NCBI RefSeq assembly: GCF_001194135.2
Contig: NC_068981.1
Coordinates: forward strand, 59,787,003-59,851,002
Reading direction: 5' to 3'
Source: Octopus bimaculoides
Taxonomy: Eukaryota
DNA length: 64,000 nucleotides
The position numbers and the translations under genes were made by a program. Shown here one piece after another: positions 13,811-27,589 of the stretch; within the stretch, counting starts at the first letter, position 1; each line of letters opens with the position of its first letter. Below the pieces are notes generated by a model that was given only the letters and a program-made list of their open reading frames with translations, made no database searches and had not been told where the DNA came from.

Positions 13811-14830
13811 AGCCAATAGTGGCTTCAAAGATGAATTAAATTGTAATCCCTCTGTTGATAAAGATATTAATAATCGATCTAGTGGCATCAAAGATAAAGT
13901 AGTTCCTAACCACACTAGTATTAATCAGGATAACCAAAAAAAAAGGTCAGGGAAAATTATTTGGTTCGCCCCTCTCTTTTCCCTTAATATAAAAACAAAC
14001 ATTGGTAAAAGGTTCCTGTCACTTCTGGACAAACACGTTCCAGCTACTCACAGATACAGGAAAATAGTCAATAGGCATTCTGTGAAATTATCATATAGCT
14101 GCTGCTCAAATATGAAGAGTAACATTACACGTGGTCAACACCAAGAACCTGAATCCAGCTGCAACTGTCGCGACTCAAGATCTTGTCCACTTGACCAACG
14201 ATGTAAGATTAAATCTATCATATATGAGGCAGACGTTACTGCAACCCTAAAGAATAATACAAATGATAAGAAGATCTTTATTGGATAATGTGAAGAAGAA
14301 TTTAATAAAAGTCACTATGCCAATCACAGCCTCCTTCCAGCAAAGCTAAGAAGCTGGCTGGCTACGTATGGACTTTGAAAAATAACGAAATATCGCATGA
14401 GATTAAATGGAATATAATTGAGTAATTCATACATTTTGTGAATGGATCGAAAAAATGTAGACTTTCGTTGACTGAAAGACACCAGATCCTGTTCCGATCT
14501 AAGATCTCTAACTCTCTATTGAACACCAGGTATGAAATTTTCAGTTGTTGCATGCATATATATAAATATATTCTGAAGAAGTGGAAAATTCCGCCTGTTC
14601 TTGACTGACTTGATATCTTTCCAGCTTTATCATTTAAGGCTTAAGGAGGATAGCACATTTTACTTTTTGATACTTTAGTTTCGTTTTCCGTTTTTCGGTT
14701 TCCGTTGTTTACTGTCTGTGTTTTCTATATGCTGCTTTCTCAGCTTCATAACGTTTCTTCTATTTATTCATTTTGTTAGTTCATTATGATAAGTGGTTTG
14801 CGCCTGAAGAATTATGCTTGAGTTCTCTCA
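13805..14830 (+). mobile_element. Penelope-like element relic 2 (linker, GIY-YIG, 3' UTR or pLTR), 5'-truncated
   Basis: ORF 13665..14288 contains LANSGFKDEL...KIIWFAPLFSLNIKTNIGKRFLSLLDKHVP...VKLSYSCCSNMKS...CNCRDSRSCPLDQRCKIKSIIYEADV...KIFIG, and continues degenerately to WTLKNNEISHEIKWNI. Confidence 0.92.
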
Positions 14831-17800
14831 ANNNNNNNNNNTATACATATGTGTGCGTATATGTATGTATGCATGTATGCGTTTATATTCATTTATACAT
14901 GTGTATATGCATATCTATCTATCTATATATTTATATATATAAATATATATGTGTGTGTGTATTTGTGTGCATGTGTGTGCATGTGCGTGTGTGTATGTGT
15001 GTTTGTGTACGTGTTCGTGTGAGCGTGTGCGTACGCGTGTTTTGTGTATCTATGACGAAAAAATGTTCATTTATTTAATCAAATTTTTGAATATCTTCCA
15101 GTGTGTTCATCAAATGATATATAAACGTCTCTTATTTATACATTTACCTCAACCGATTTCTTTATCAATTTAAAAAAAATTATATTTCATCCTCTTATGT
15201 GTTGTTGATGTATGATTTTAGAAAATTACTACCTTTTAGCTTCAATTATCATCACAGCCGCAAATTGTTACCGTAACATACCGAGGGACACAGTTGTCAG
15301 ATTGAATATTTCGTGAAATTAATGCGAATTTCGATGTTAAATTCCTGAATCATAATCTTCATATAGGTTTCAGCTTAGGGAATCATAAATTTTACAAAAG
15401 CTACTTTTAAAAAATCTACTAATTAAGAAGTATAAATCAAGACATGCCACTAACATTCAGTGTGTCAGCCATCACAATCTTATTTGAAGCAATTATCTGA
15501 GCCCTCCGAATTTTGACTTATTGAAATTTTGATTTATGGTGCTGAATGAGAAAGACGGTTATTCGATTTTCGTTCTGAGAAGCAATCATGTTAACGTACA
15601 GAGAATACAAATGATTGTTAAAAGCCAAGTGCCTAAACGTTTTCATAATATTTGTGACATGGAGATATGCTATGAAAAATAAAATTTGTGATATGGAGAT
15701 ATACTAGAAAATGTTACTAGAGATATGCTAGAAAGTATCGGCTCCCAGAAAATATATTAAAAAAGAATAAATAAAATTCAGAAACACTGTTTTATTCAAA
15801 TATTTGAACATTATTTACCTCAGTCGATTTGTTATATCTAGGAGAGCCTTATACATAAAAGATGTTATCCATAAAACTACCGTAACTACTACTTATCTAT
15901 TGTGAAGAAAGTGAAGCATTTTATGGTACCCGTGAAGGGAGAAAAACAGTCGAGAAAAACAGATAAGTGTATTTTATCGGAGAACAAAAGGGGATTGGTT
16001 ATTTGAGATATTGATAAAGACGGGTAAATAATTAAAATTGAAGGAAGGGTAATTACAGATAGAAAGAAAGTAGCAAAATACAAGTATCTAAAGATCCGTA
16101 TGACGTAGTTCTCCTGAAGTATGAACCGAATGGGATAAGTACATTGGGAATTGATCAGTTTGCCAAGAAAAATTTTAAAAAAAGCAACCCAATAACTTAC
16201 CAATGATTCTAAAAGTTAGACAACTTCAATAAGATTGATTATTGTGCCTGTATGTAATGTGAATAAAACTTGCAGATTTACAATTTAATGGCGGTAGTAA
16301 AGAAGCCTTAAAAATATTCTAAATAACAATGGGAAAATTAATCTGGCTTCATGTCCTATTTATTTATTTATCAAAATAAAGTATAGTTAACGGTCGCACA
16401 ATAATCATGATGCGGCAAATTGTGATACTAATCTAGTTGCGTCCAAAAAAAAAAAAAAAATTCAATCAATTCCATGATCAGACCGAAATTAACAAGTAGA
16501 TATCCTACAAATATTGATTTATATATATTTAAATATATTTATATATATATGTATGTATGTGATTCTAATATCGACTAAATTCCGAGGTGATGTCCATTAA
16601 ACCTTTCATATCAAAAATTATTTCTAGTCGCTATGATGACAGGTAAAGAAAAGATCTAATAATTAATAATAGTTCCTACCTCGGTGATTAGTTATCAAAG
16701 TAGCCACTGATGTGCATATTTTTTAAGAATAGGAAAGCATAACACAATAATGTATAATTTCATTTTAATATAAAGTTAGCTTAGACGGGCCGCCTGCATT
16801 CTAGCAACATTGTGTGGGAAAGCATCTTGCTTTCCTCATAATCATTTAAATTTTAACAAGGCCTTGAAGGTTTGTATTGGTAGCGTATGAACTAACGAGT
16901 TGCATTTCTTCCTCAAATTTAGTCATACATATCATGTTGCTTCAATAAATATGAAGGTACGAAACAGAAGGCGCATCTTGGATACTGGATTTGCAAACTG
17001 CTTATCAATGATTCACAAGTATCCTCTTTCTCATGCATTTTTCTGATCATTTTTGTGTCCGATTCCATAACAGAATATATCTTTTTAATGTGGTTCCACA
17101 CAATAATAACTGTTTGCTTTGTGGTAGCTGCTTTAATTCGACTTTCCACCAATATTCTTTTGACCTATGAGATTCAGTATTGTTAGCTCACTCTCAAGAT
17201 TGTAAACGTGTTCAGATCCCTTTTGCTTCAAGCTGATTGAATTATATTTCTTGTGGTACTTTCTGATTGGCGTCATATCATGTATCTACTATTGCTTTAT
17301 TTGTATTTTCTCCTTCTCGGATCTCACTGGCGTAATTGTGTAATTTACATTTTTTTACTACAGTTTGAACATTTTGAGAAAATTCAATTATTCTATCTTT
17401 TATAATTTTGTGTTTTGTCTCAATATCTATAAACATTTCTCTCTAATTAGCGTGTGAAATAGCAGGAAAAATACGGAGAAAGTGTAATAATATTCATTAT
17501 TTAAATGTGCAAGAGTGTTGCAGCTAAATTTGAAATAGAAACACAAAGAAATATCTTTTTTTTTTCATTTAAATATAAAAAATGTACTTTCTCTTACATT
17601 CTAAACTCTATGCAAAGAAAATTCTAGATAGAACGTCATATATTTACTTTCTGCAAACTAAAACACATTTTTCTCAGGTTTTTCTAACTATAGCTGAGCT
17701 TACATTTAGAATTAAGGAAATACGAGTTCAGGTAGAGAGCAGGAATACACTTAAATTCCCCTAGTAACATTTTGTCAGTACACAATAAGGTGAGAAGAAT

Positions 17801-18283
17801 GATGTGGTATTCAATTGAGGTCTTACCCATTGAATGATTTAACATTCACCGCTATTAGAAAATCCAAAAGATGTGGGCACAAGTTACTTAGAAACTGTTT
17901 TCTACAAATCTTGACCAACAAATATCATTTCATCAAAGGACACTACATTTATTTCATCGGTCTCAGAAAAGCGTAAGACGTTGCGTATGAACCCAGTTCG
18001 ATATGTACATGAGAGGGTTCAACTGTGGAAGAAAATGATCCTTCAAAGTTAATCACATCACTACTCAGGCACACACTAGTTTGCTCTTTAATATTGTCCC
18101 CAAATTTCGCTATTTGAACCCCTCCTCCTTACGAAAGTAAAAATAAAAAAGAGACTATTATTCAGATTCAAATTCCCACTTCAGCTGCAATATTTTCAAT
18201 CATCCACTTCATTTTGTTCTGCACTTTTCCAGATTTAATTAATTATGAATGTTATCATTTCTGCCACCACATTTTTATGCTAG

Positions 18284-18500
18284 TGTATGTATGTATGTAT
18301 GTATGTATGTATGTATGTATGTATGTATGTATGTATGTATGTATGTATGTTTGTTTGTTTGTTTGTATGTATGTCTCTGTCTATCTGCCTGTCTGTTTGT
18401 TTGTCAATCTGTTTGCCTGTCTGTTTGTCTGTCTCTGTCTCCCTCTCTCTTTCTATATATATACATACATATATATACACACAAACATACATAAACACAT
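18284..18500. repeat. (TATG)n/(TTTG)n compound microsatellite
   Basis: Direct reading. Confidence 0.95.
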
Positions 18501-19311
18501 AGATATATGGGTGATTGGTTGGCTGGATTGATATGCCCATTTGCTTCTGCATTTGTATCAGAGTAATGGCGCATAAGAGATAATTGTTCTGTAGTGTCAG
18601 TCGTCGATTATTATAAGTATATTGAGAATTTATTTATGTACTTACAAAACTTACTAATTATGCACCGATAATTCTGAAAAATTAGAGAATGCTAATTTTC
18701 GTCAGTAAGGAATGTGATTAAAAGTTATTGATTTACAATTTGATGTTACTAGCAAAGACATATTAAAAATAATGTAAGCATTATTTATATAATTTATTTC
18801 GACGTATGTCTTATTTGTATATCAAATATAAAAAACAACATGGTAATGAAGGGTGTGTATAACTATTTTATTTGTCTAAATCTAGATTGAGATTAAGAAC
18901 ATATATATCAAATATCGATTTATTTGTGTTTCTAATATCGACCGACTAACGAGCCAAGGCCCAGATAAAGACCTTCATATCAGAAGAACTTAATGTTCCC
19001 CATTTCAATACTGCACATGAGTTAATAGAATGAAAAACATATTGTAAGAATATGGCTTCAAGCTAGTGCAATGTAGAAACCATTGAATCGCGACTGTAGT
19101 TATTTCCATTCTTTTCGACTCTGGGGAGGAAATGAATTGAGAAACGACTGATAATTCATTCACGGATGTTGATTCACCTAACCAGCCATTCATATGCATA
19201 TTTTCTTATGAAAAGGGAAATATGACATAGATTCATACCATCATGTATCATTCTCGATACTTGTAACTATATAAAGATTGTGAAAGCAATAATGCACATA
19301 TATATGTATAT

Positions 19312-19550
<239 letters not shown>

Positions 19551-20299
19551 TATGCTAAGAATATTTACATCACAAATTACGTATTCATATTGTGTTGGGC
19601 TCTTATTGCATTCATATACAAAATACAAAAGCACTCATATATACAAATGTAAACGCACATTGACATTCTGACGAGGGGAATATTATCATCCCGGTATGTG
19701 TGCGTGTTTGTATGAATGTAAGGTTACATAGGACGTAATTCACCTTTAGTATCAGTCCTCAGTTTTGTTATGTACCCTAGACATTGATTTATGTACTTAG
19801 AGAATGTTGATAACCGATGATACTGGTAATTTGAAGAGCCAGTTTCTCCACCAGCATGGAACATGATTAAAAGATAGAGATCTGGAATTTTTATGACAAT
19901 ATTAACGAAGCCTTAAAATAACCTATGCAGCGATAAGATTATTTAGCTACGTTTCGTATTTATTCGTGTATCTAAATAAGTATGATAAGCAATAACGTAG
20001 TAATAAAGGATTTATCAAGCTGTGACGCTAATCTACATAAAAATTATGAATTGATTCCATGAACAATATGAGATTAAAAATTAAATATACTGGAACTAGC
20101 GGGTCGATCAACTGTGGTGTTACATAGTATACTTATATATAATTGGTAGCTAAGCATTATAGGATGCTCAATTAAAACCACCTTGAAATTTAACTATTCT
20201 TCTTGTAATGAATTTCCTGTGTTCTTTGGCCGATATAATGTGAAAATACTCTCTGAAGCCATTAAAAATAATTGTATGTAATTATACTCACCTAGAACA

Positions 20300-20520
20300 A
20301 TAAAATCAGTCGTGAACGGGTGACCGCATCGAAAGATGCAACCTCTTCACAAATTCCAAAAATAACTAGGAGGAGAGAGAAACCAGAAATAACAAGAGCC
20401 ACCAACATCAACACTTTCATGAAAAGCCATAAATAAGCTGCCTCAACAACTTAACATCTGCGATACTAATAGCAGCACCGTCAGCAAGGGCAACACACAT
20501 TAAACCAACGACGATCCTTT
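20300..20520 (+). mobile_element. Ancient CR1/L2-like LINE 3' coding remnant
   Basis: PEITRATNINTFMK and KAINKLPQQLN...DDP resemble the C-terminus of LINE ORF2. Confidence 0.3.
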
Positions 20521-20540
20521 TACACAGTTGCTCTAACTGT

Positions 20541-20660
<120 letters not shown>

Positions 20661-21884
20661 TGCTTCATTGAGTAATGTAGTTCTAAAAAACGAGAAATCA
20701 TCCTCATGAATACAACACTATTGATCATTTTCTGTTATATCAATGCAATTTGCGGTTAAGCAACTGCAAGTTGATCGTCATATCTTACCCGCATAGAAAT
20801 ATCTGCTCTTTCAATTTTCAAGCAGGATTCGTTAATAAAATGTCTGCCGCTTAGTAATATTTGCCCCTTGGAGGACGTACTATGGCTGATGATGTGATAG
20901 TACACAGTGACACTGATACATCTTCATTCATTATGCAAAGTAAGCAGGTATTGGCATCTTTTGTCAGGCATGCTTTTAATTTAGTTTACATTTTAATTCA
21001 TCAATATTTTCCACGGATTTCCCTATCATACCTTTTAAATAATTCATTTGCTTGTTTCGACACCAGATTATGTTCTCATTGGAATGCCAGGACTTGTGTT
21101 TCTTCATCTGTTTTTTAATTACTATGGGATCTTGTGCTGTAACGTGCGTTGTGCTGTGGTTGTCTTACGTTTTGAGCTTTCGTCGTGTTCCTTTGCAAAA
21201 GAGATTAAATTGTATTATTATTATTACCTCTTAAGAATTTCTCTTTTTACATTTTCATTTACAGCTACGATTATTTGAATTTTCTATTTAATACTGTTTT
21301 TCGTTAAATAATTTATGCTAATCATTCGTGATTGGGAACATGGATTATTTCGTTGACAGATTTGCTAATCTAGTCCATGATTTTTCGTAAGCGGTTTCTT
21401 TAGTTTGTCAATCAATACAGATTTCTAATTCATGCGCGCACATCACTTGTCCATTTATGTCTCTCAGTTTTTATGCTTGCAATTAATTTTTTTTATCTCT
21501 AGCTCCTTGAATCTCAAAGTTAAATAGCATCTGTGCTTATTCCATGAATCCATAGATGTTAGTAACTGCTTCACATTAAAAACGGCTACAGAAATATGTT
21601 TAGGTAGTTTACAGTTTGTAATTGAGTGTTCACTTCCCTTTATTGATAATACCTGTCAGGGACTGGAACCAATTCCTAGTGTTAAAAGTCACCATTATTG
21701 GTATTGTAATTTGTTGGTAGAATTATTTACGGTTCTTTACTTTTAGAGCCAATATCCCGCCGATGTTAACTTTGCCTTTCATCCATTCAGGTCGATAAAA
21801 TAATTACAGTTGAGAAGCAGTAGGTCAATGTAATTTACTCACACCTTCACTAAATTTGGTGACCTTCCAAAATTATTTTCATTC

Positions 21885-23330
21885 TTATTATTATTTGAGT
21901 AAAAAAGTCTCTCAGCTTATTTTGCTGGGTATGATGGAAAGTATCAGATGTCCACAGCTAGTAGACTAAGGTAACGCTTGTTTACTGGTCATGCTTCAAG
22001 AACCCTGCGAAGAACTCTTGCAGTTTCAAGTAATGATGGTTTTTGTAGGTGTTTTGTCTTTACATTTGCGCCAATCTTTTTGAGCGACGCTGCTCGTTCA
22101 GTGCTGATTTTTCCAAGCGCGACATTTACTACAATCACATCACTTCATTGCTCACAACCTGCGTATTTTCCACTTCAAATCGTCACAGACGTTTAGTTCT
22201 TCTTCTTTTTCTCTCTTTGATCTCGCTGTCACCGGGATATGTTATGTCGATTACCAAGCAATATTTTTTTGCTCACGACCTGAGGGTCACATTGAATCAT
22301 TGCATCCCACAGGATTTTGTAGTCTTCATTCTCGGTAATCCCTGAGATCTACGTCTTTGTTCTTTTTAGGTCGTAATATCCATAGAGCTCCGAAAGGATC
22401 CTTCGTGCTACATTGTCATGTCATCTTTTATAATCTCGTTGTGTCAATTTCGGGCATTCGTTAACGATGTGCCATCCTGTTTTACACCTCTCAACACAAA
22501 TTCTGAATTTGTAGCTCTCAGTTATGTTGTCAATTCTGCACTTCGCATAGTTCGTCTATAATGCTTGTTCTTGTGCTGCACTTATAAGTCATTCTGTTTT
22601 TATCTTCAGGTCACTCCTCTGTATCCATAACCACCAGTCTTAGGTATCTGTCCTGGCGTTCGTATCTCTTGCAAACTGATCATACATGTTTTTGCCTTCT
22701 GTGCTATTTCTTTTTTCTTTCTTTTCTTTGAGTTTTTGTTCTTTAGGTTCTTTCTTTACACAATTAACAATTTTGATGATACCGGTCTCCTACACGTTTC
22801 AGGAATGGTTTTACATATCACGCTAAGTTGTTTTCTTCTGCTTCTACACAATCCTAGCAACTGATCAAACTTCTCCCACCCTTTCTTCTGGACAAGTACA
22901 ACCTATCAGTGAATTTCTTAGAATGGAATACTCTGAGGACTGTCAATATCCAAGCTCATCAGTTGTCTTCCTATCCATGCTCTCCAGTTCTTTCTTTTGC
23001 CATGATTCCGCCTCCATATGATTCCAGCTCCATACTGATGTGATGCCTTCACCCAAGTATTTACTACTTCGATTTCCATCTCAATATCAGCACTAAAACA
23101 GTGGGCCGTGTTTACGAAAAAATTCACTTGTGCCTCATCCTTGCCATACAGCATCAAATAATCCATGAAGGGAAATTGTTTGATTCTTTGAGGTTTTACC
23201 TTGAACTTTATCTCAGGTTCATTTTCCTCAGCACCAAAGTGAGACGAATTATACAAAGAACAAAAGGCAATGGAGATAAGTTACCTCTTTGGAAAATCCT
23301 TCCCCCGATGCCCTGAAATGTGAATAACAA
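21885..23330 (-). mobile_element. R4/Dong-clade non-LTR retrotransposon relic (RT, CCHC finger, restriction-like endonuclease), 5'-truncated
   Basis: RIFQRGNLSPLPFVLC (RT QGDSLSP motif); PFMDYLMLYGKDE...FSADIEME (MDDLKLY motif); C..C...HIVNECPKL...HDNVAR; KILWDAMIQCD; VIDITYPGD; LLETARVLRRVL*. A short 3' UTR ends in a TAA repeat. Confidence 0.88.
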
Positions 23331-24105
23331 CGGAATAAAACAAGTTTCGCGTAAACCAGACCAGTAGTTATTGAGATATTCGGGGATTTGGGGTATAAAT
23401 ACCCAAAAACGGTGCATAATGGGAAATACTCCGAAAATAACTTAACCTCAAAGTGAAGAAACCCTAACCTTTCCATTAGATACATTATAATAGGCAAAAT
23501 ATTTTAAAGTGAAAATGACTTTAAAAATACAGTAAATATTTCGTAAAAGACCCGTTCGTATCCTCGGTGTGAAATATATATTTTTTTCCATAGGTTTCTT
23601 TCGAGAGCATTCAACGTATCTCACCTCCAAAGATTTGGCTGCTATTTCTAGCAGGCTCTGCTACCACGTAACAGCTATTAGCAATAAAAGATCCGAAATA
23701 TCTGTTACGTCGTAGCAAGGCATGCACAAAATAACAGCCAAATCTTTCCTTTTCTGGGGAAAGGAGCCGTTTACGCGTGGTTTCGATGTCATTCGTTGAA
23801 GGCATGCGAAATAACATGGAAAAGGAAAAAACCACAAAACAAAACTGAGAAACTCTGGCTTCCCCGGGTGACCCAACGGGTCACGGATAGTCCAGGGAAT
23901 AAATTAATTTATCAATAAGTCTATGCCTTGCTTCCGTTGACTTTGTGTGTTTGTGTATTTCTCTCACTCACCCTGTATGTGTGTATGTGTAAATATGTGT
24001 GTGTGAACATATGTATATACATGTGTTTGCGCGCGCGCGTACTCAGTTGTATTTGGTTCCATTTATCAATATCACTATCTCATACTTCCTCTGTCTTTGT
24101 GTCTC

Positions 24106-24146
<41 letters not shown>

Positions 24147-24151
24147 TGCTC

Positions 24152-24204
<53 letters not shown>

Positions 24205-24206
<2 letters not shown>

Positions 24207-24725
24207 TAGGCCACCTTTAGTCATGGCTGACCATGTGTATCACGTCCGTCCATTTATTGTCTATGTTGGGCCGCTCGTCTTGAGCAGCGTCTCCTGTGGC
24301 TTTGGAGATTAATGCGAAAATGACAGTCTCGGTCGCATAGATCCCATCTGTGTGTGGATTCTGGTCTGTCAGCTGTCGATCCCTTACGTCGGTCTCGCTT
24401 TTCTGTAGCTGCAGCTGACAGCTCCTCTTCACCGATCCGTAGCTGTTTGAGAAGTGCGCTTTTCCAACTGGTGCGGTCCGCTGCCAGGTCCTCCCAGGAG
24501 TTGATGTCTATGTTGAGCACCTTCATGTTCTCCCTGCACACGTCATTGTACCTCAGCTGTGGGCAGCCCTTGTTCCTCTGCCCTGCTGCGAGTTCTCCGT
24601 AGAAAATGTCTTTTGGGATTCGGCCATCCTTCATACGGCTAACCAGCGTAATCGACGTTGCCTCAGCAAGGTGTACATGGAAGGGAGGCCAGCACGAGTC
24701 AGGACGTCGGTGTTGGTCACCTTGA
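24205..24725 (-). mobile_element. RTE-clade LINE 3' end, 5'-truncated and lightly diverged
   Basis: VTNTDVLTRAGLPSMYTLLRQRRLRW, then ORF 24254..24634 MKDGRIPKDIFYGEL...RYNDVC...WEDLAADR..W...CDRDCH.RI.L.SH. The 3' end runs into (TA)n. Confidence 0.95.
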
Positions 24726-24735
24726 CCACCTTATG

Positions 24736-25056
24736 TTAATAATATAGGGTAAAATTAGTAATAATTTTACCGAGTAGACAGTACGTAGATAAAAAAAACC
24801 TTTCAGGTAAATTTTACAAATTATTCCATAATTATATCCATAATTATTTCAACGGGTCAGCTATATGCCTCCCCACATACTGAATTAGAAATAGACACTA
24901 ACGTCTTTTTTACTACTATACGCAGCGAAGCACATAGGTGACCCCCTGTTATAATTATGTATATAATTATAGAATTTGTAAACTTTACCTAAAAGGTTTC
25001 TTTATTTATGTACTGGCTATCTGGTAAAATTATTACTAATTTTACCCTATTATTAA
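24736..25056. repeat. 321-bp imperfect palindrome (MITE-like or Helentron/HINE-like)
   Basis: 24736-24868 is the reverse complement of about 24925-25056 at roughly 85-90% by eye. A related copy of the internal part lies at 25390-25477. Confidence 0.85.
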
Positions 25057-25627
25057 AATTAATGTTTGAATAAATTCACTTCATGATCGAAACTGCTTTT
25101 TTTTCTGCGGTATAGGTCATAAGACATACTGTGGCTATAAAAGACGGATATGAATTGTACTCGGCTGCATATTTTTACGAGTGCAGACAGATATCAGTCA
25201 TGTGATGTCGCTTGATCGCATGCATATTTAAAAACTCGTGAATTTATCTGAAATATTACGCTGAAGTGAACAATAGTTAATTATGTTTTATTTTAAGTTC
25301 GAAACACGTCCGTAATTAACTACAGCCTTGCTAATTCATCATTTTTGTTTTGCCTACATTAAAAGTGTGTTATTTTCTCGGAGATTTTATGGTAGAAAAA
25401 AGACATTAGCTATTTCTAATTCAGTACGTGGCGAGGCACATAGTTGACTCCTTGTTATAATTATGTATATATATATANNNNNNNNNNNNNNNNNNNNNNN
25501 NNNNNNNNNNNNNNNNNNNNNNNNNNNNNNNNNNNNNNNNNNNNNNNNNNNNNNNNNNNNNNNNNNNNNNNNNNNNNNNNNNNNNNNNNNNNNNNNNNNN
25601 NNNNNNNNNNNNNNNNNNNNNNNNNNN

Positions 25628-25665
<38 letters not shown>

Positions 25666-26869
25666 TGTGTGTGTGTGTGGGGTGTTGTTAGACAGCGCTC
25701 CGTGTTACTCGAAAACAGGTTTGTAATGAAGCGTAAAATTTCTAGCAATTTTTTCTGTGATTCAGTAAATATTTAATGTTGCAGAATGGTAATCAAATTT
25801 TAAAACTACACAATTTGTAAAGTTTGCAAAAATAAATGTCAAGTGGTACTTAGTTTCTTGTTAGACCCATAAACATGAAGAGTTACTGATCTGAAAGAGA
25901 GAAAATAGAATGATATGGAGTAGGAAGTCATTAATGCAGATCCTGAAGATTGTATATCATTTATAATTTCTTGCACTACGTAACTAGCATTAGTAAACAA
26001 TGTTGTTATTCTTTCTCCGTTTCTCAGCTATTTTTTACCAGTACTCCTTTAACTGTTCGTATTAATAAGGTAGTATTTAGATTATGTATATACCCCCGAA
26101 ATTATCGTAACAATCATCATATTTTGAACAGATTATTCAGTGGCCAAAGCTTTCAAATTGAAACAACACGTCATCTTACTTATTTAACATTTTTCTCGTA
26201 ATTATTGTTACTCACTTCACTAAAGTTATAGGTTTAGGCAGTCCAAGTACAACATTAAATTAAATAATCATATTAATATGATTTTACCGGCATATTTCGT
26301 AATAATGTAATTACGACATCTACCTTTCAAATCAATAACATAGTAATATTATACAGACGTCCCACTCAGTAGACTATCTTCGTCATAGAATATTAAGTCA
26401 TAATCATGTAAGTGGTTTACCTCATATTAGCTATTGTTGGACGTAACCAAGATCAAAGGCATCGTATCTAAGCCGTCCAGTCTTTTCGGACATAGTTTCT
26501 CTGAAATGTATTATCCAATATGTAATTAGTTTTTTAAAGATGACAATGCATCTGTTGAGTAATGTAGTACTATTTCTAGCAATTCGAAAAACCACGTAGT
26601 ACGTCCATCATTGGTTCATAAAAATATATGAAATAAGAAGGTGCAAACGGTTTATACCATCTTAAGTTCTTAAAATTCACTGTAAGAATTTTCTTTTTAA
26701 AGTGTCTGTACTTTTATCTTTTTCCTTGGTATCAATCTGTTTCGATTGACAAAAGTGTGTTGCATTACTGGTCCATAGAAAACCGTGACACTGAAGTGAT
26801 CTCACGAAGGCGTAATCAAAGTTCTCCTCTCTGCCTTACTGGAATTGAAACAAAAAAGGGCAGAATGAT

Positions 26870-27110
26870 GCATTTGACACCAATTTGGCAGCAGGGTTTA
26901 TCGCAAAAGTGTCAAGTATGACACAAGATTTATGATGAGACTTACCCACTAACCTTTTTCTTATTTACCCGTAATAGTGCATTCATAATCTTGGACATGG
27001 GCCTATAACAAACACTGTCCAGGACATCTGCCAGACAGGTCATCGCACGCTGAAATATTGGCCGAGGACATTCCTCACTTTCGCAGCAAAGTATACACAA
27101 CCTCAGTTTA
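26870..27110 (+). mobile_element. Ancient LINE RT fragment
   Basis: QQGL...SAFIILDMGL*QTLSR...AR*NIGRG resembles Q.GF...A.FLD..KAFD.V...L...GIRG. Confidence 0.35.
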
Positions 27111-27589
27111 TAATGTGTTCATCGAAGGTTCCGGCTTTGTCTAGAATTTGATAGAATTAACATATTTTCATCATAGGCATACTCAAATTTGTTCCTGCTA
27201 TTTTCTTCTTCCATATTGTAATGATGTTAACCACAAACTGCTTTATGCTTCTCGCTCAATCACTATAAGCTTATTTGGTATTCAAGATGTGCAACAGTAG
27301 AACTAGATTTTCACGACAATGGAGTTTTTACTAGTATATTGTCTGCCAATCTTTCATTCAGGTGGTAACGTTAAGTGTTAGAAAATCATAAAGAGGAAAA
27401 TGCGCCCTTGACAAAAATGCCCTTTACTATAGCATTTATTCTGTCTATTGTATATATTCATAGTGGTATTAGTAGTAATGGGAGTAGTTGTAGTAATAGT
27501 AGAAGTAGCAGGGAAATAAATGATTCTGTTCCACCATTCATAGATTTCCGAATGTTTTAATGTATTCATTCGTAGAAACAAGATATTCT

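Noticed and set aside
26950-27140. EGF-like peptide CDDLSGRCPGQC on the minus strand with splice-like sites
   Set aside because: There are stops in all frames, and the plus strand matches LINE RT motifs.
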